Part shown: one piece after another, positions 1 through 9,438 of the stretch
Position numbering within the stretch: position 1 is the first letter of the stretch
How the letters are laid out: the number at the start of each line of letters is the position of its first letter
Source: Nanobdellota archaeon
Lineage (GTDB): Archaea; Nanobdellota; Nanobdellia; Parvarchaeales; Parvarchaeaceae
NCBI GenBank assembly: GCA_021800365.1
Contig: JAJYZA010000001.1
Coordinates: 147,377 to 211,376, forward strand
DNA length: 64,000 nucleotides
Direction of reading: 5' to 3'
Position numbers and translations under genes: made by a program
Notes under the pieces: generated by a model
What the model was told of the DNA's origin: nothing
The model's database searches: none
Seen by the model: the letters and a program-made list of their open reading frames with translations, nothing else

Positions 1-56
1 CAACTCCCTCTGGGGGCTAAGTGAAATACTAGATATAAATATTTCAACTTATAAGA

Positions 57-506
57 TTGCTTATGCAAAGAGGCCAAGCAACGCTAGAGCTTTTACTCGG
101 ATATAGCATAGCCCTTATAATTATAGCGATAGCACTGGCATTGGTTTTTATGTTTTATCCTGGCGTAGTCTCTGCCGGTCCCTCCTCAACATATTCTGGT
201 TTTTCCGGTCTCCGCATCGTACAGCAGGGTTACTACAGCCCCGGCACATTATACTTCATAAAGTTTCAGAATCTATTAAATGAGAACATAAACATAAATG
301 CGGTATATTTCCTTGCATCCGGTTTAAATAAAACCGGCGTTTGCACGGCAATTTACGTACCTGCCCTTGGATATGAGGAGTGCAACGTGTCACTAAGATT
401 GTCCTCTCCCTACTCTGCTAACATACAAATTGTTTATTCTCCGGCGAATACTTCAATCAAACCAAATATACAAATAGTTGGATCCGTAAGCGGCAGTTTC
501 AGCTGA
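57..506 (+). CDS. Pilin-like secreted protein with class III (archaeal prepilin) signal peptide; Cys/Asn-rich ectodomain
   Basis: The N-terminus MLMQRGQ|ATLELLLGYSIALIIIAIALAL has a basic RGQ followed by a hydrophobic helix, the typical FlaK/PibD substrate pattern. The rest carries N-x-S/T sequons and several Cys. Confidence 0.45.
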   Translation: MLMQRGQATLELLLGYSIALIIIAIALALVFMFYPGVVSAGPSSTYSGFSGLRIVQQGYYSPGTLYFIKFQNLLNENININAVYFLASGLNKTGVCTAIYVPALGYEECNVSLRLSSPYSANIQIVYSPANTSIKPNIQIVGSVSGSFS

Positions 507-564
507 TAGATATATCCAGTTAGATATTAAGATATTTATACCTGCGAATCCATATTTTAGCTTT

Positions 565-975
565 ATGGGTGCTTATAAATATATCAGAAAAAATGAGCGG
601 CTTACTTTAAAGAACAAAGCTGCAAGAAGGGCGATTCTGAATACTTTGGAAAAATCATCTATAGTATCTCGAGTGGATAGACCAACGCGCCTTACGAGAG
701 CAAAGGAGATAGGATATCATGCAAAACAGGGGTACTTAATAGTAAGGGTTAAGGTCGCAAAGGGAAGCTTCCGCAGACCAAGACCAGTACACGCAAGAAA
801 GCCAAGTAAGACCGGTCTGTATTTTAATCTGGCGGCTAGCAAGAAGGACATAGCTGAAAACCGTGCACTTAGAGTCTACCGAAATGCTAAAGTGTTAGGT
901 TCATATTTTCTTGCGGAGAACGGTCAATATAAATGGTTCGAAATAATAATGAAAGCCAACAATGCCGTTAATTGA
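565..975 (+). CDS. rpl15e: Ribosomal protein L15e (eL15), C-terminally short
   Basis: It begins MGAYKYI and contains the blocks LTRAKEIGYHAKQGYLIVRVKV, RRPRP and YKWFEII, which match the conserved eL15 N-terminal two-thirds. The ORF stops about 55 aa earlier than typical archaeal or eukaryotic L15e. Confidence 0.85.
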   Translation: MGAYKYIRKNERLTLKNKAARRAILNTLEKSSIVSRVDRPTRLTRAKEIGYHAKQGYLIVRVKVAKGSFRRPRPVHARKPSKTGLYFNLAASKKDIAENRALRVYRNAKVLGSYFLAENGQYKWFEIIMKANNAVN

Positions 976-1117
976 TTTGAACGCGCGCCATCGTTTTCTA
1001 AAGTTAACTACTACAAAGCTCTTGCATGTGGTTTCGTGCTTCACTAGACGTGCGTGTTGTTAAACCGTTATTTCGGGGTGTATTAGCCTTAAATTGCATA
1101 GGAAATAATAATATTAT

Positions 1118-1639
1118 ATGTCCGAAAACACGGAAGAGTTCATTTGGTATGAAGTAGTTTTTTCGCTGATAATAGCCCTAGTAATCTTCTTCGTATTCTA
1201 TCAAAATTTTTCTGCAGCTTTTCCAGTAGGCTGTAATAATAATGGGATTATTGATAACCAATTTACGGCGGCGGAGTATGGGTCACCTTACTCGAATAGA
1301 CTGGAAGGAACTGCGCTGTTCAGATGTTATCTTACGGACGCCTGCTATAGTCTTTCCCTGGCAAATCAGACTTGTATAAGGCACTGGTGTTACTATACAT
1401 ATTACACAAATGGACAAGGTAATCCGATCGCCGTTGCAAATTGCATTGCTTCTCCTCCATCGACGATATTACAAAATTGTAAGGATCTTAGTCCTTCAAA
1501 TACGGCAACGTTATTTAGCTGTGATAAAAGTACGCTGGCCGCTAATAATGCAACAGTAATAGAAGGCTGCGACACAAGCAACCCAAGTTGTATAAGCGGA
1601 GATAATCCCATATACTGCTCGATATGTCAAGGTCAATAA
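1118..1639 (+). CDS. Cys-rich membrane-anchored/secreted protein (first gene of surface-protein cluster)
   Basis: It has an N-terminal TM helix (VVFSLIIALVIFFVFY) followed by a domain with about 16 Cys and N-x-S/T sequons. It is tightly linked to the downstream pilin-like genes. Confidence 0.4.
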   Translation: MSENTEEFIWYEVVFSLIIALVIFFVFYQNFSAAFPVGCNNNGIIDNQFTAAEYGSPYSNRLEGTALFRCYLTDACYSLSLANQTCIRHWCYYTYYTNGQGNPIAVANCIASPPSTILQNCKDLSPSNTATLFSCDKSTLAANNATVIEGCDTSNPSCISGDNPIYCSICQGQ

Positions 1640-1806
1640 ACTTTATGAATAAAAAAGGGAGTGTAGAGTGGCGTATCGTGTGGATGATAATTGTTATCGC
1701 AACTGCCGTAGTTGCAATACTGATAATTTATCTATTGTATTATGCTAGTTCGCACAATACCTCTCCATTTGTATTCTTTTCTAATCTTTTCGGAGCTGGC
1801 GCATAA
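1624..1806 (+). CDS. Small class-III-signal-peptide (pilin-like) protein
   Basis: The sequence MSRSINFMNKKG|SVEWRIVWMIIVIATAVVAILII has a KKG cleavage-like motif followed by a hydrophobic stretch. It is 60 aa, overlaps the upstream gene by 16 nt and abuts the downstream gene at TAATG. Confidence 0.35.
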   Translation: MSRSINFMNKKGSVEWRIVWMIIVIATAVVAILIIYLLYYASSHNTSPFVFFSNLFGAGA

Positions 1807-2744
1807 TGGAACAGGGAATCCTTCTCGTAATAGTGTCTCTGATAATAATAGTTATAGCCGCTGTAATCCTATTCATCTTTAGTGTTTCGTTTATTACTTC
1901 GATAGGTGCTGCTAGCTTCGGTGGAAAGTGTTTCTTTGCGTTTGCGGAAGCTAGCGCGACAAATTATGTGTATGCCATATTAGATTTTGCCTCTCCGGTT
2001 CTTGGACAACCACTGGCACTCGGCAAATCAATTAATTATATAAGTGCATCTTCAGTGCAAGCATCATGTGAACAGGCCTCGAATATAAATGGGCAGAACA
2101 CTGCAACGCTAGCTCAACAAATTTATTCCAAAGCTTCGTCCTGTTTTAGTTTATTTCAAGGTGCGAACGCAAATATAGGCACGCAAATACTGGACTCCAA
2201 TCTTAACTGGGTCTTTGAGTGCTATTCGGGTGTTGTATATAACTCCGAAGCGCCCGGCAATGTAAGTGATTACGGTGATATAATAAATTATATCGATAAC
2301 AACTACCCGAATAGCAATGGGGACCCATTGCAGATAGTCTTCATGACAAATGGTAGCAATAATGAGGCGGCCTACGCTAATGCAAATTCCAAATTATTCA
2401 ATGGTTCTAGATATATGATTGAATATTTTGGATATAATGGTACTTTTACCCAATCGAAATGCCAACTTAATTTTGCAAAGCAGTGCAACTACGTATCTAG
2501 ATTCGATCAGCCGAATATCAGCCAGTCACAGTGCGATTCATCAACCCCCTATGTTCCAGAGGTATACTACCCAGTCAGTTCAATAAGTTCGCCTGGATCA
2601 CCTATTTCGAATAACCCCGCTTATGAAAATTTAGGCGCTTGTACGGGTGCAGATTATGTAATTGCATTCTGCGGAAAATTGATAACGCCAATGATGCTTA
2701 GCCAGAGTCGTGTATTTGTCTGTATAGTAAACGGCTCGTCTTAG
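1806..2744 (+). CDS. Secreted Cys/Asn-rich surface protein with N-terminal hydrophobic anchor
   Basis: It has the N-terminal hydrophobic helix MEQG|ILLVIVSLIIIVIAAVILFIF. The rest is rich in Cys and in N-x-S/T glycosylation sequons. Confidence 0.45.
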   Translation: MEQGILLVIVSLIIIVIAAVILFIFSVSFITSIGAASFGGKCFFAFAEASATNYVYAILDFASPVLGQPLALGKSINYISASSVQASCEQASNINGQNTATLAQQIYSKASSCFSLFQGANANIGTQILDSNLNWVFECYSGVVYNSEAPGNVSDYGDIINYIDNNYPNSNGDPLQIVFMTNGSNNEAAYANANSKLFNGSRYMIEYFGYNGTFTQSKCQLNFAKQCNYVSRFDQPNISQSQCDSSTPYVPEVYYPVSSISSPGSPISNNPAYENLGACTGADYVIAFCGKLITPMMLSQSRVFVCIVNGSS

Positions 2745-2785
2745 CTAAATACTCTTTTTATACTTTGGAGTATTAAGATTAAATT

Positions 2786-4264
2786 ATGGCGGAAACCGCT
2801 GGTGAGAGTTTTGCGTTTATAATCCTTTTTGTTATATTTATATTTGTAATAGTTTTGGTATTTGCGTATTTCTTGCTATTCGGCTTTGGTTTTACTAATT
2901 CATCTTCATGTTATATTAGTTCACAGATAAGTAACTTTTTCTATCAAAACCTATGTTTGACAAACTTTTTCTGCATATCCAGCACGTTAACTAACCTAGG
3001 GATTGCGCCTCCCCTCCTTGGGTGTTCACCGGCATTACAAGCATATTCTGCGAGCTCGACGAGCGGGCAGGCATTTAGCGGCTTGACGGATGCTATGTCA
3101 AATTGCTGGTACCAGTATGGTGGGGCTGGAAACTTAGTCGTTTTACCGAATAGTCCAGGACTGTGCAGCGTAATCAGCCTAAACTTGGATCAAAACGTAA
3201 CGTTTTATAATCTAACGCAATACATGCGCAGTGCAATATACACAAAACAAGTAAGCTGTATAAATCACACTGCACAGCAATCATGTCCGAATTATCAGCA
3301 GGGATTCTCATGTGATACAAGTCAGCCAACTGAATGTACACTATATACAAATAATTATTTTGATTGTGTGGGACAGCAAGGCTATAGCCCAGTTTACAGC
3401 GGATATCAATTACAAAGTATACCGCTGTATAATCCAAACGTTGCTACAACGGCGGATAATAATGTGAGCGCATATTTATGTTCGACTGGATGCAGCCTTG
3501 ACACTAGTACTTTGAACTGTGTAAATGCGACTGGACAAATTGGAAATTGTGTAAAGTCTTATACAAATTTCTGTCAAAAAAACTTGAATGGGGTGTATAA
3601 CTGCAATGTCGCTTATGAAAGTAGCTCTGATTCGTTTTTGCCCCCACAAGGGTGTACGCTCACAGAGGCTGTAAATACAAACTCAACAATAAATATTACT
3701 TATGCCGATTACCTCGCTCCCGGAACTAATACGATATTTACCTATAAAAATAAAACTAGCGGTTTGAGTGAGAGTGTAAATCCAAACTCGAACCTGAGCA
3801 TAAACAAAGCGCAGCTGTATGTGCTGTTTTTGAATAGCCTGGTCGGTTCTAGGATGCCGCCAAACCAGATAAGTCTACCGTCTGAATGTGCACCTGCAAA
3901 TTGGTACAATAATTATCCTGCCTCGGGTATAGAATATGAATGCACCAGGGCTTTAGCGGCATATAGTGCATTAGGTGTAAAATCTGCGTATGGAAGTATA
4001 CGCCCCGGGATTATAACTACTAGTGCCACAATCTCTGCTGGTTATCTATTTGGACGTTGTGCAAGCAATCAGCAGTGTAACGATTATATAGACACTCCTG
4101 CCATCAATGCATTTAGTACCGCTGCACTCACGACAAGTGGACTGTCGCAGTGCGCCAGTTCCCTTCTCACTTTTTTCGAGACGCTTCCATCATACGTTGA
4201 AGGAAAATACAATGAAAATTTCTTAGGTAGAAATCAGATGTACATATGCGCAGTGGTATCATAA
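2786..4264 (+). CDS. Large secreted Cys/Asn-rich glycoprotein-like surface protein
   Basis: It is 492 aa with an N-terminal hydrophobic segment, many Cys (CxxC-like pairs) and dozens of N-x-S/T sequons. It sits in the same operon-like array. Confidence 0.45.
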   Translation: MAETAGESFAFIILFVIFIFVIVLVFAYFLLFGFGFTNSSSCYISSQISNFFYQNLCLTNFFCISSTLTNLGIAPPLLGCSPALQAYSASSTSGQAFSGLTDAMSNCWYQYGGAGNLVVLPNSPGLCSVISLNLDQNVTFYNLTQYMRSAIYTKQVSCINHTAQQSCPNYQQGFSCDTSQPTECTLYTNNYFDCVGQQGYSPVYSGYQLQSIPLYNPNVATTADNNVSAYLCSTGCSLDTSTLNCVNATGQIGNCVKSYTNFCQKNLNGVYNCNVAYESSSDSFLPPQGCTLTEAVNTNSTINITYADYLAPGTNTIFTYKNKTSGLSESVNPNSNLSINKAQLYVLFLNSLVGSRMPPNQISLPSECAPANWYNNYPASGIEYECTRALAAYSALGVKSAYGSIRPGIITTSATISAGYLFGRCASNQQCNDYIDTPAINAFSTAALTTSGLSQCASSLLTFFETLPSYVEGKYNENFLGRNQMYICAVVS

Positions 4265-4704
4265 GTAAAAAGAGAGGCAGTACCTCTATAGAGAAAGTAG
4301 CAATCATTATAATATTAATTATCTTTATGGCACTGGCATTCCTTATCCTTTCCAATGTTTTCCATTTTTCACTCTTAAATACCGGCGGAATCAACCCAAA
4401 TCTAACAACTAACCCAAGTCAATGCCAGATAAGCTTTTCAAATCTAAGCACAGTTTCAAATCCATGCTATTATGGTTTGGCAGTGTCCGGTGGCAGCCCA
4501 GGTCTTACGTATACATTCTACAACAATACAACTGGCAGAATTAACAGCTACGTGGTCGGAGAAAGCACTTTGCAAATAAACGTTTCGTTGTTAGGGCGCC
4601 ATGAAGTTCTGTTTGTGTGTAATACGACCGGTTCGCCAACGGCTGTAAAGGGCTTTTATTATTCTGCGGGTGGCACGGCACAGCTTACTCTACTATGCGG
4701 CTGA
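4246..4704 (+). CDS. Pilin-like protein with class III signal peptide
   Basis: KKRG|STSIEKVAIIIILIIFMALAFLIL has the basic-G site, an acidic E at +5 and a hydrophobic helix. It overlaps the upstream gene by 19 nt. Confidence 0.45.
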   Translation: MRSGIISKKRGSTSIEKVAIIIILIIFMALAFLILSNVFHFSLLNTGGINPNLTTNPSQCQISFSNLSTVSNPCYYGLAVSGGSPGLTYTFYNNTTGRINSYVVGESTLQINVSLLGRHEVLFVCNTTGSPTAVKGFYYSAGGTAQLTLLCG

Positions 4705-4762
4705 TTGAATTGCGATAAAAACCGTTATCTGCATGAGATACAAGGTTTAATAGATTATAACC

Positions 4763-6292
4763 TCATACAAATGGATTTAAAGTACCGTCATTTTTAAGCG
4801 TCTCTGGATTTGATTTTATTTTCTTTATGAGTTTCTTCATTCTGCTTTCTTTATGCTTTGCTGCCCAATAGTAACCCTCGTCATTCGTTCCTTCGGTTAT
4901 TAAGATAAAAATTTTCCCTGCATTGAATCTTCCAACGCGGCCCCGCCGCTGTATTGAACGTATGCCGCTGGGGATGGTCTCATAAAATATCGCTAAGTCA
5001 ACGCCTTTTATTGAAATTCCTTCTTCGCTTACACTGGTTGATACAAGCACGTTATAAACGCCCTCTTCAAAACCCCTTATTATTTCTACCTGCTCTTTTT
5101 GCGATAATCCGCCTTTGCCTTGGCCTATAAATTTTACTGGACGTATATCCTTGACGCCTTTTAACATATTGCATATAACATCAACGGTATCCCTATACTG
5201 TGTGAATATTATTGCACGTTGATCTGGAGAAAATGATTCTGATAGTATTCTAGACAATTTAGCGAGTTTTGGATGCTCCAATCCCGCATCCAATAATCTC
5301 TTTGATTCTTTATACATCCACTGTATCTCAGCTGACTTTGCCAGTTCTTTATCTGTCTTTGAAGTACCTTCTTTTAGTATCTTATTTAGAAACCTATTGA
5401 AAGCACCTATACTTTGCGTCGAAATTAAAAGCATTGCGTGGTATAATTTCAGGAGTTTTGAAGTTATTATTATCCCTCGTATCGTATAAAAATTCCTTTT
5501 TCCAGACAACATTCTTGCCTGCAGACTTTTCTGCAGCATTAATATCGTTACGCGATTTATCTTTTTTAAAGAAGCTGTCTTCAGCAAACCGATGTTCTGA
5601 AGTGCCGCGATTTGCTCCTGCGTAAATAGCTGCAATCTGACGACTATCTCTTCAATTTCTTTTGTTAGCTTTAGCCTGATTTCCTCTACGACTTTAGATT
5701 TAACATATCGTGCTACGTCTGGGTCATCTTCGGCACGCATTTCTACATTGGATATACTTAAATTTTGACATATCGCGCTTATTTTTTCGCGGTCTGAAGC
5801 CGGAGAAGCGGTAAGTGCAATAATCAGTGGATGCTGTGCAGACGCCATATATTCTTTTGCTATCTTTACATAGGAGTAGTTCCCTATCGTGTGATGTGCC
5901 TCATCGACAACAAGCAAACTAAATTTTGAAAGATTTAGTATTCTTTTGTCTAAGTCGTTTTCTATTGTCTGCGGCGTAGCAAACACTATACGTGAAACCT
6001 CATAGACGTTCTTTCTTTCCCCGGCAGGCACCTCCCCACTAACCATGCCCAATGGTATGTCCATTATCGAGTAAAATGTTTTGTAGTGCTGACTTATTAA
6101 TGGTTTAGTGGGGGCCAAAAACAAAACCTGTGAGTTACTATACCGAGAAAGTCTATAATCGGCTATCATTATACTTATAACTGTCTTTCCTAAACCCGTT
6201 GGGATAACTACAAGTGTATTTACGTCCTTTGCGCTTTCAAATATGTTTTTCTGATACTCGCGCTCTTCAAGCTTGCCACTCCTTATAAACAT
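4763..6292 (-). CDS. hef: Superfamily-2 DEAH helicase, Hef/FANCM-like (helicase domain only)
   Basis: It has Walker A PTGLGKT, the DEAH box VVDEAHH, and the motif VI block IQRRGRVGR. The overall architecture resembles the archaeal Hef helicase domain. Confidence 0.7.
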   Translation of the reverse strand: MFIRSGKLEEREYQKNIFESAKDVNTLVVIPTGLGKTVISIMIADYRLSRYSNSQVLFLAPTKPLISQHYKTFYSIMDIPLGMVSGEVPAGERKNVYEVSRIVFATPQTIENDLDKRILNLSKFSLLVVDEAHHTIGNYSYVKIAKEYMASAQHPLIIALTASPASDREKISAICQNLSISNVEMRAEDDPDVARYVKSKVVEEIRLKLTKEIEEIVVRLQLFTQEQIAALQNIGLLKTASLKKINRVTILMLQKSLQARMLSGKRNFYTIRGIIITSKLLKLYHAMLLISTQSIGAFNRFLNKILKEGTSKTDKELAKSAEIQWMYKESKRLLDAGLEHPKLAKLSRILSESFSPDQRAIIFTQYRDTVDVICNMLKGVKDIRPVKFIGQGKGGLSQKEQVEIIRGFEEGVYNVLVSTSVSEEGISIKGVDLAIFYETIPSGIRSIQRRGRVGRFNAGKIFILITEGTNDEGYYWAAKHKESRMKKLIKKIKSNPETLKNDGTLNPFV

Positions 6293-6864
6293 CAGACACC
6301 TATTGCTTTTCCGCCCTTTATAAGAATTTCCGCTACATCCCTATCTATCTCTACGATATTTGGGAATGAGAATGGTCCGTACGTTTTGTTGTTTTTCCAT
6401 ACGAACCGCGGTACATCCGCTATGACTTTTATCACCATTTTATTCGTATTTGAGTCCTCTTCCACTTTTTGAAGTTCTTGCGGAGGTACTTCTTTTATCT
6501 CTTTAAGCAGCTTACCTTTGTGTTCATTAACTAGATTTAATAAACTATCAAAAAAAATCAGTTCCTGTGAAGTCATATTTCCTCTAGCTTGCTCTGTATT
6601 TATGCCGAGCACCGCCATATTTGCTATCTTTCCCATTCTTACAGTAAAGAGCTGATCAAGTGTACTTATTGCATTTTTTATCTGGATAGAAATCTCTTCG
6701 CTCCTCTTTACGTCATCCATCTTATTTGCCTCTTCTAGCGATTTTTTATTTATCGCAATGTATTCTTTCATTGAGGCGAGCATGTCATTCGTCAACTTTG
6801 AAAGAGTCCTGGAATCCTCCTGTTCTTGTCTTCTTATACGGATGAACTCACTGTAAGTAAACAT
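6292..6864 (-). CDS. GINS subunit-like protein (Gins51/Psf1-like)
   Basis: It has a helical N-domain with RMGKIANMAV (compare archaeal Gins51 RLGKI..LAL) and a small C-terminal beta domain. It is translationally coupled to the helicase gene at ATGA. Confidence 0.4.
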   Translation of the reverse strand: MFTYSEFIRIRRQEQEDSRTLSKLTNDMLASMKEYIAINKKSLEEANKMDDVKRSEEISIQIKNAISTLDQLFTVRMGKIANMAVLGINTEQARGNMTSQELIFFDSLLNLVNEHKGKLLKEIKEVPPQELQKVEEDSNTNKMVIKVIADVPRFVWKNNKTYGPFSFPNIVEIDRDVAEILIKGGKAIGV

Positions 6865-6915
6865 AAAATCTTATTATCTCTCCTTTAGTTTATTCTACAT
6901 CGTGGCTATTAATAA

Positions 6916-7101
6916 TTAAACGTGACCAAAACCACCAGACAATGTCGTCTCAAAACTAGAAAAAAAGCTTGTAAGGCTATTTACAATAACACTCGGACCT
7001 GCAAGAATTATATATACAATTACTACAATTATCCCGAGCACTATGGCTATTATATAAAATATCGTTGCTTCCGTAACTCCGCGTTTATTTAATCTTTTCA
7101 T
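6916..7101 (-). CDS. Mini pilin-like protein (class III signal peptide)
   Basis: MKRLNKRG|VTEATIFYIIAIVLGIIVVIVYIIL has a KRG site, an acidic residue, then a TM helix. It is 61 aa with a Gly-rich C-terminus. Confidence 0.35.
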   Translation of the reverse strand: MKRLNKRGVTEATIFYIIAIVLGIIVVIVYIILAGPSVIVNSLTSFFSSFETTLSGGFGHV

Positions 7102-7104
7102 AAG

Positions 7105-7248
7105 TTATCCAAATGGGTTTGGTATCCTTGGAAATAATCCACCTGGGTTTGCATAAATTACGAGATAAAATACGATCAGTATTATCGAGATTATTATGAT
7201 TATTATAAGCAATAATATATAATCGACTATACCCTTTTTATTAAGCAT
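7105..7248 (-). CDS. Mini pilin-like protein (class III signal peptide)
   Basis: Hand translation gives MLNKKG|IVDYILLLIIIIIISIILIVFYLVIYANPGGLFPRIPNPFG, 47 aa. There is a 3-nt gap to the next gene. Confidence 0.3.
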   Translation of the reverse strand: MLNKKGIVDYILLLIIIIIISIILIVFYLVIYANPGGLFPRIPNPFG

Positions 7249-7414
7249 AGCCACCGCCCCCAATACGTGATCCAGCGGTTATAAATGAATCTATGAAACT
7301 TGAAATCTTGTACGGAGTAAAAAATTCTAAAAATATAACTATTAGAAGAATTGCGACTATAAGTAGGATAATGTAGAGAAAAATGCTTCCTTCTATAGCT
7401 CCGTGTTTATCCAT
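7241..7414 (-). CDS. Mini pilin-like protein (class III signal peptide)
   Basis: Hand translation gives MDKHG|AIEGSIFLYIILLIVAILLIVIFLEFF...RIGGGGYA, 57 aa. It overlaps the next gene with ATGCTTAA. Confidence 0.3.
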   Translation of the reverse strand: MDKHGAIEGSIFLYIILLIVAILLIVIFLEFFTPYKISSFIDSFITAGSRIGGGGYA

Positions 7415-7580
7415 TACCAAAAAGCCAGCTAAAGGAGATAGCTCTAAAGATGTCTGCCCCTATACTGCTCCCCCCATTACTAAAATAAAGGGCGATTGCA
7501 ACCCCGACTAATACCATAATTATTGCAATTATTATTGCAACTATCTCCGTTATCGGCATCTCACCCTTTTTGTTCACCAT
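7407..7580 (-). CDS. Mini pilin-like protein (class III signal peptide)
   Basis: MVNKKG|EMPITEIVAIIIAIIMVLVGVAIALYF has its start 1 nt after the stop of the 597-aa gene. The longer ORF 7407-7649 overlaps that gene and is not favoured. Confidence 0.35.
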   Translation of the reverse strand: MVNKKGEMPITEIVAIIIAIIMVLVGVAIALYFSNGGSSIGADIFRAISFSWLFGNG

Positions 7581-7581
7581 A

Positions 7582-9375
7582 TCAAAATAATGGATTGTCA
7601 AATTTAGAAATCGGTGATAGTAATTTCTTCCTATCCTTGAATACTTCATATGCTAATTCGGCATCGGAATTAGAAACTAAAAGACCTATCGCGACGGCAT
7701 CCTTCATTCTGCTTTTGCTGAATAGCTTATGGCTTACCGCAATCTCATAGTGGTCTGGTTTAAATTCCCCCTTGTTACCACTGCCGCCAGAAAAAGATAA
7801 TGATTTGTTTATTCCCATTATATCATCTTTGAAAGACTGGTATATATCAAGTAAAGCAAATTGAGGCGCTGACTTAACCTTTTCTTTTTCTTCTTTTTTC
7901 TCTGCCTCGGCAATATAAGCATCCAGATCTTTCTGTATCGATTGAAGGGATGAAACTGAAACCTGATCTACGCCCTCAAACACTGTTTTACTTATCTTTT
8001 CTTCTATGGCTTTTTTTAGCAGATACCATTCGTCTAGCGTAAAGCAGTAAGGACGTATGTTTATGCTTAGCCCCCCCTGATATTGAGGTCTCTCTTGTGG
8101 TACTCCTTTCGGGAAAAACTGACTTTCTGTAAATCCAAAGTTCACTTCTATTGCAGCTATGACTTTTGGCCCATATTTCTTAAGACGATTGTATAAAAAC
8201 GATCTGCTTTCTTCGCGTGGGCCTTGAGTTACTGGCGGACCATTTGTTTTTGGAACTGCCTTTGTTGGGAGCTCCGGTCCCTTTTGTCCAAAAACTTTCT
8301 TATACTCGACGTCATAGTCTCTTACGTATAAGGAATTGGCTGCTATAAACCCTACGGAAAATTGAGAAGACTCGAATATATCCGGTCTTTTTGATTTTAC
8401 ATAGCTAGCTGCGTCTTTGACTCCGACCATATTTATTCTCTTAAGTATCGTAAGCGACTCCGCGGCCCAATCTCTATACATCTTATAAGCGGCGACTTGA
8501 CTCTTTAGATATTGAAGAAGCATGTCCCTCCTATTGTTAAGATCTGTTTTGTTTATCTTCTTCCACTCCTCATATTCTATGAATCTATTTTTTATTATGT
8601 TTTTGTATTGTTCATTCCTCTGCAACGCATTGACGTCATGTAAGTTTTTTACGGAATAGAAAACTGACACTAAGTCTATAAATGCGGCACCTCCCTGACC
8701 TCTTGAGGAAGCACTCGACAGTGCGGTCAAACTCGCACCCCCTTTCCTTGCATCTACATTATCAACAAATATCCTTTTAAGAGCAAGCTCCGCTGCAGCG
8801 CTTTTTTCTGGCTCTTTCGATTCCGCTAATTTATAGAATGACAGATTTCTATCGAGTTCTTTTAATTCGTATGTTATAGATATTATGGATTTAAGTACAG
8901 TATTGACGCTACCAAGAAGCTGCATCGTTCTGTCTTCAAGTGCCTTTCGCCTCTCAAAGGCCATTGTCATTAAATTAGAGATTGCTGATGGCTCAATCGA
9001 TTCGCCGGTTTTTAATTTTTCTGTATAGCCAAGAGAAGTAAGTTCTCCAGCTAGCGCAGAGTATTCGCTTTGAAATTGATAATTTTCTATGCCGATAAAA
9101 AGTGAGAAGGCGGAAGCGGTGCCCATCATTCCGATATCTGGCAACTGATTACCTGATGAAAATGGAAGCTGTGCTAAATCGCCATTGTAATGTGTATTTA
9201 AACCCGACCCCCTGTTTTTTAATTCTTCTATCCAAGACGAGAGATTTGACGGTTTCGCGGATGCGATAATCTTCTGATAACGCTCTATCTCAGCTAGGTT
9301 CATATTATGTATTGATTCGAGATTATATAAATAATTCGAAAAAGCCATTGTTTGTATACGTCGTCTCTTTGCCAT
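7582..9375 (-). CDS. Large hypothetical soluble protein (597 aa), no recognisable motifs
   Basis: It is a long clean ORF with no Walker motifs, TM helix or signal peptide, and it has coiled-coil-prone segments. It is the first gene of the minus-strand cassette followed by four mini-pilins. Confidence 0.5.
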   Translation of the reverse strand: MAKRRRIQTMAFSNYLYNLESIHNMNLAEIERYQKIIASAKPSNLSSWIEELKNRGSGLNTHYNGDLAQLPFSSGNQLPDIGMMGTASAFSLFIGIENYQFQSEYSALAGELTSLGYTEKLKTGESIEPSAISNLMTMAFERRKALEDRTMQLLGSVNTVLKSIISITYELKELDRNLSFYKLAESKEPEKSAAAELALKRIFVDNVDARKGGASLTALSSASSRGQGGAAFIDLVSVFYSVKNLHDVNALQRNEQYKNIIKNRFIEYEEWKKINKTDLNNRRDMLLQYLKSQVAAYKMYRDWAAESLTILKRINMVGVKDAASYVKSKRPDIFESSQFSVGFIAANSLYVRDYDVEYKKVFGQKGPELPTKAVPKTNGPPVTQGPREESRSFLYNRLKKYGPKVIAAIEVNFGFTESQFFPKGVPQERPQYQGGLSINIRPYCFTLDEWYLLKKAIEEKISKTVFEGVDQVSVSSLQSIQKDLDAYIAEAEKKEEKEKVKSAPQFALLDIYQSFKDDIMGINKSLSFSGGSGNKGEFKPDHYEIAVSHKLFSKSRMKDAVAIGLLVSNSDAELAYEVFKDRKKLLSPISKFDNPLF

Positions 9376-9438
9376 ATGAAACGTTTATAAGTAAGTATCT
9401 GTCTTATATTCCAATAGATCAATAATTTTGGAGGGAAT

